From the NCBI GenBank assembly GCA_963837955.1, contig CAWIPH010000002.1, positions 4,976,316 to 5,040,315 on the forward strand: 64,000 nt of DNA, in the 5' to 3' direction. Of this stretch, positions 60,516-64,000 are shown one piece after another (the stretch's first letter is position 1; each line of letters starts with the position of its first letter). The translations under genes were made by a program, and so were the position numbers. The notes beneath the pieces are model-generated. The model did no database searches, was not told the origin of the DNA, and saw nothing but the letters and a program-made list of their open reading frames with translations. This stretch comes from an uncultured Verrucomicrobiae bacterium (GTDB lineage Bacteria > Verrucomicrobiota > Verrucomicrobiia > Chthoniobacterales > JAFAMB01).

Positions 60516-60616
60516 GCGGAAAGGCCCCAATTGTCACAGGATTCCTGTGAAATCACGTCGAGAAAACGCGTCGTCCACCTCGTCGTTCCGAAGCAATTGC
60601 AATCCGCTTACCTTCC

Positions 60617-61174
60617 ATGAAACAGATTCCCTTCTTCGCCACGATTTTCGTCGCTTTAGGAGCTATGAGCTTACTGCCCAGCACCGGTCGTTCTGCCAGC
60701 GCAACTGAGCTCGACCAAAGCGCGAAGGCCGCCTTGAGTAGTCTCTATGCTAGCAATCCGGAAGCACGAGTTGTCGGCAGAAAAGCAGTCGCCATTCTCG
60801 TTTTTCCGCAGATCGTGAAAGGGGGCTTCATTGTCGGGGCACAACACGGTGACGGAGCGCTGCTCGTTAACGGCAAGACTATAGCCTACTACAACACGGT
60901 TGCTGCCTCCTACGGCTTTCAAGCAGGCATTCAGAAATTTGGGTACGCCATGTTCTTCATGAATAACGCGTCGCTGAATTATCTTCGCAAAACCGGCGGG
61001 TTTGAAGTCGGCACGGCACCGAGCCTGGTCGTAGTCGATACCGGGATTGCGGGGTCGCTTTCGACTACCACGCTGAATAAGGGGATCTATGTTTTCTTCT
61101 TCAATCAGAAAGGACTGATGGGTGGAATCGGAGTGCAGGGGACGAAGATCACTCAATTCACGCCTAGCAAGTAG
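60617..61174 (+). CDS. Lipid-binding SYLF/YSC84 domain secreted protein
   Basis: ILVFPQIVKGGFIVGAQHGDGAL, ASYGFQAG, QKGLMGGIGVQGTKI. Confidence 0.85.
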   Translation: MKQIPFFATIFVALGAMSLLPSTGRSASATELDQSAKAALSSLYASNPEARVVGRKAVAILVFPQIVKGGFIVGAQHGDGALLVNGKTIAYYNTVAASYGFQAGIQKFGYAMFFMNNASLNYLRKTGGFEVGTAPSLVVVDTGIAGSLSTTTLNKGIYVFFFNQKGLMGGIGVQGTKITQFTPSK

Positions 61175-61298
61175 GGCAGATTTGGGTTCCTTCGGCCCAT
61201 GAGGACCTCGAACCGAACCCGCGACATACCCATCAGGCGCACAGGGCGCGCCGCTTGCGGCGCCCGGCGAAAGCGACACCGGGAGAATTCAGCTACAC

Positions 61299-61347
61299 AG
61301 CCTGCATTGCTCAGAAATCTCTAAGGATTTTCTGAGCAATGCAGGCT
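61299..61347. terminator. 19-bp-stem hairpin between convergent genes
   Basis: AGCCTGCATTGCTCAGAAA ... TTTCTGAGCAATGCAGGCT. Confidence 0.6.
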
Positions 61348-62338
61348 AGTCGAAGCCGGGCAAACCGATTCGGATCCGCTCAGAAAAATCGGGAGCCTGG
61401 TCCGCAGCCTGAGCTTTGGCGTCGATGAGCGACATCGGTTTAAGTTCAGCAAACGGGAGATGACTGGCGAAACCTCCGTTTTTGTACACCAATTCGTCTA
61501 CGGTTCCGTTCAACAACATTCGCCAATCCCAGGGAGCCGGTTTTGCTGTCGTTGCTGCGGTATGCATTCGCACATTGGTCGTGCAGTTATCGGACAGAGC
61601 ATTGTAGAACTGCGGTTGCACATGGATGGCATTAACGCTCTGCAGGTAATTGAGGAATAACCTTCGAGCTCGGTCTGGCCCAACGCTGGTCCGATAAAGG
61701 TAGAGTTGTTCGTGGCGGTAATTCGTTCGGACGCGAATCACGTCGCGCTCATCGGCGACGATGTAGGTCAGCTCAAACTGTTTGAAGAAGCCGCGAATCA
61801 TGGAGTAGGTTTGGCCTTGGGCCATCCTGGTCTCAACCGAAATCGCCACGTGATCGGTCGGCCCGAATTGGAAACTGACAATCGGGTGACAGATCAGGGT
61901 TGACCCCCAAAAGTTTATATAGAGATCCACTCCCCGCAGTTGGCTGAGATCTACTACCTTTGTTTCCCACTGGGGCTTGGCCGGCTGCCCCGGCTCGTAA
62001 TCAAAGTTTCGTAAGTTGTGAATGGTTATCTTGTCTCCGTCTCTTTCTGTCCATGCGGTTTCGGCAACATCAGGCTGCCAGTTGCGCTTGCCAGTTGCTT
62101 GGATTGACCACCACCAAAAAGCAACTCCGGCGAATAATGCGAAGCAAATCCCGAGCGAAGTCCAACTGAACCTGAGAAAAAATAAAACCGCGACTACAGA
62201 GATCAGGTAGATAATGGCAGCAGGCAGACTCAGGTTCGTTACCGGGAGGTCGAAGAATATTGCTGCAGCTGCCCAAACGGTGACGAAACAGAGTGTCCCG
62301 AAGGCGAGCAACCATATTGCTCGACCGAGAATTCGCAT
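61346..62338 (-). CDS. DUF4105 domain membrane protein
   Basis: Three TM helices; NLRNFDY, HPIVSFQF, SVETR, ERDVIRVRTN, FYNALSDNCTT. Confidence 0.85.
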   Translation of the reverse strand: MRILGRAIWLLAFGTLCFVTVWAAAAIFFDLPVTNLSLPAAIIYLISVVAVLFFLRFSWTSLGICFALFAGVAFWWWSIQATGKRNWQPDVAETAWTERDGDKITIHNLRNFDYEPGQPAKPQWETKVVDLSQLRGVDLYINFWGSTLICHPIVSFQFGPTDHVAISVETRMAQGQTYSMIRGFFKQFELTYIVADERDVIRVRTNYRHEQLYLYRTSVGPDRARRLFLNYLQSVNAIHVQPQFYNALSDNCTTNVRMHTAATTAKPAPWDWRMLLNGTVDELVYKNGGFASHLPFAELKPMSLIDAKAQAADQAPDFSERIRIGLPGFD

Positions 62339-62513
62339 CGAACCTCGAAGGTAGTTAAGCATCGAATGACGTTTCGAGCTTGGCTTTATTCTTCCGGAAA
62401 GAGCGTACTAACTTTAAGTAGAAACCGCTATAGGACGTTGGTCCAATAGACCTGAAGGCAACTCTGCTACCTCCATTTGCAGAGGGCTGCGGTATCGCGG
62501 CCCTCTTTCGATG

Positions 62514-62934
62514 TTGGACTTTGGTCCAATAGCTGGAGTTTGGCCATTTTCGGATGTCACCCGGATCGGTAGGGCGAAAACCTCGGCGCGCCAGGAGGCT
62601 TGTTAGGTTTATAGCTTGATCGCGCCGGGTTTGAGCCGCGCTGCCAGAGGGCAGTCTCCGAAGAGAGTCGAACCCATCGCCTCGTGCCGTCAAATACTCT
62701 TGAATCGGGTAGGGTTACTAGGTCGAAGGGGCGGTTGGTCCTAACAGGCGAACTCGACCCGAGCAAACAATGGTGCTTTTGAACAGCGCTGGCCCCGGAT
62801 CCAAACCCGGCTCAAACCCGGCGCGGGGACGTCTTAGAGCGAGTCGACACTTTGAGCGCGCCGAGGTTTTCGCCCTACCGAGCCGGGCGCCACCAAAAAT
62901 GGCCAAACTCACGATATTGGACTTTGGTCCAATA
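62514..62934. repeat. Long inverted repeat (GTAG-type REP-like arms) with the TTGGAC palindrome at both outer ends
   Basis: Arms GTCCAATA..GAGTTTGGCCATTTT..CCCGG.TCGGTAGGGCGAAAACCTCGGCGCGC occur in inverted orientation. Confidence 0.7.
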
Positions 62935-62995
62935 GTAATTCCTATCAGGAAAGTTTAGGATCCGATCGTTTCTCCCCTAGTGCCGATTACGGAAT

Positions 62996-64000
62996 ATGCT
63001 TCTTCCATCAATCACAATCTTGGTTGGAATTTTCCTTCTCTGGATGGTCCCAGCACATGCAGGTACGTTGGAAAAGGCATCGATCAATGTACAGCCATCA
63101 GCTGAAACGACTCCGCCATGGGAAATCACGGTCGAGGGTCCCGGTTGGATAGCCGGGCTCAACGGTACCATCGGAACTCACGGGGTCACGACCGACGTTG
63201 ATATTAGTTTCTCTGACATTATCAAGAAAACGAACTTTATCGCTGCGCTCGGAGCGGAGGTCCGAAGAGGCCGATTCGGTGCCTATGGAGGCTTTCTTTA
63301 CCTGGACGCTCAGACCTCGGGTGCCGGGAGCGGTTTGGTGAATAAGGTAGATCTGGGTCTGCAACAGTATCTTGGTGAATTCGGTCTTTCCTATCGGATT
63401 GTGCAGGAACCCCAGGGTTGGCTCGATATCTTCGCCGGGTTCAGGGTTACTTACATTGGTAACCAGATGGGTTTACAAGCCAATCAGGCGAACATCAACA
63501 CGGCGAGTACTGCTTTGGTGAATGGGCTCGCCCAACAGATAACCACGCCGGGATCCAACCTAAACACGCTCCTTCAGCAGACGATCCAATCCCGGCTGGG
63601 CGCGTTAGCAGACAGTAATCCCGGGCTTCCGGTCCCCCCGCTCGCCGGACGGCAACCGGGCTTAATACTCAATTTTGTCCGAGGAGTGATCCAGACCCGG
63701 CGACCGGAGCTGGTAGCGGCTATTCAAGCCGGAGTTCAAGCCAGAGTGAATCAGGTAAAAGCCGCACTCTCTAGTGAGATTGCGACTGGTCTAACCAGCC
63801 GGCTGAGCCAGAAGTTTTCTCTTTACCAAGACTGGTTCGACCCGTTTATCGGGGTCCGCGGACGATACAATTTTTACAAGCCGTTTTATCTAATAGCGAA
63901 AGGTGACATTGGCGGTTTTGGAGCCGGATCGGAAATTACCTGTCAGACTTATGGCGGGATCGGGTGCCAGATTACCCGGAACCTCTTTTCCGAGGTGGGC
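62996..64000 (+). CDS. Outer-membrane beta-barrel-like protein (runs off window end)
   Basis: Manual translation: signal peptide MLLPSITILVGIFLLWMVPAHA, WEITVEGPGWIAGLNGTIG...WFDPFIGVRGRYN...GDIGGFGAGSE. Confidence 0.75.
   Translation, partial: MLLPSITILVGIFLLWMVPAHAGTLEKASINVQPSAETTPPWEITVEGPGWIAGLNGTIGTHGVTTDVDISFSDIIKKTNFIAALGAEVRRGRFGAYGGFLYLDAQTSGAGSGLVNKVDLGLQQYLGEFGLSYRIVQEPQGWLDIFAGFRVTYIGNQMGLQANQANINTASTALVNGLAQQITTPGSNLNTLLQQTIQSRLGALADSNPGLPVPPLAGRQPGLILNFVRGVIQTRRPELVAAIQAGVQARVNQVKAALSSEIATGLTSRLSQKFSLYQDWFDPFIGVRGRYNFYKPFYLIAKGDIGGFGAGSEITCQTYGGIGCQITRNLFSEVG

Overview
Bacterial chromosomal window of moderate GC. It is probably a soil verrucomicrobium (inference from the fused LpxC-FabZ gene, gene content and repeat style). 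Left to right: an oxidoreductase/Rieske oxygenase group; two LacI-controlled sugar ABC transporters (one ChvE/GguAB-type); an EamA/MocR pair; a ten-gene RDD/DUF4129/DUF4350/MoxR/DUF58/SpoIIM operon; lpxC-fabZ and lpxA; a methylamine (N-methylglutamate pathway) cluster; an ABC ATPase, RluA, hflKC and an L,D-transpeptidase; tRNA-Arg(UCG) followed by an integrase-less ~6.7 kb island (52-bp att repeat) with defence-like genes; and an envelope-protein region sharing a palindromic motif and holding an IS1182-type element inserted in a REP-like hairpin. Intergenic spaces are full of several REP/MITE-like families. The most striking observation is a GxxExxY (PD-(D/E)xK-like) gene inside long terminal inverted repeats, plus three shorter copies elsewhere in the window. 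All three appear to retain decayed remnants of that gene's 3' end (clear in one copy, weaker in the other two), which suggests an apparently uncharacterised mobile-element family with autonomous and non-autonomous members. All family assignments come from motif recognition by eye; no searches were run.
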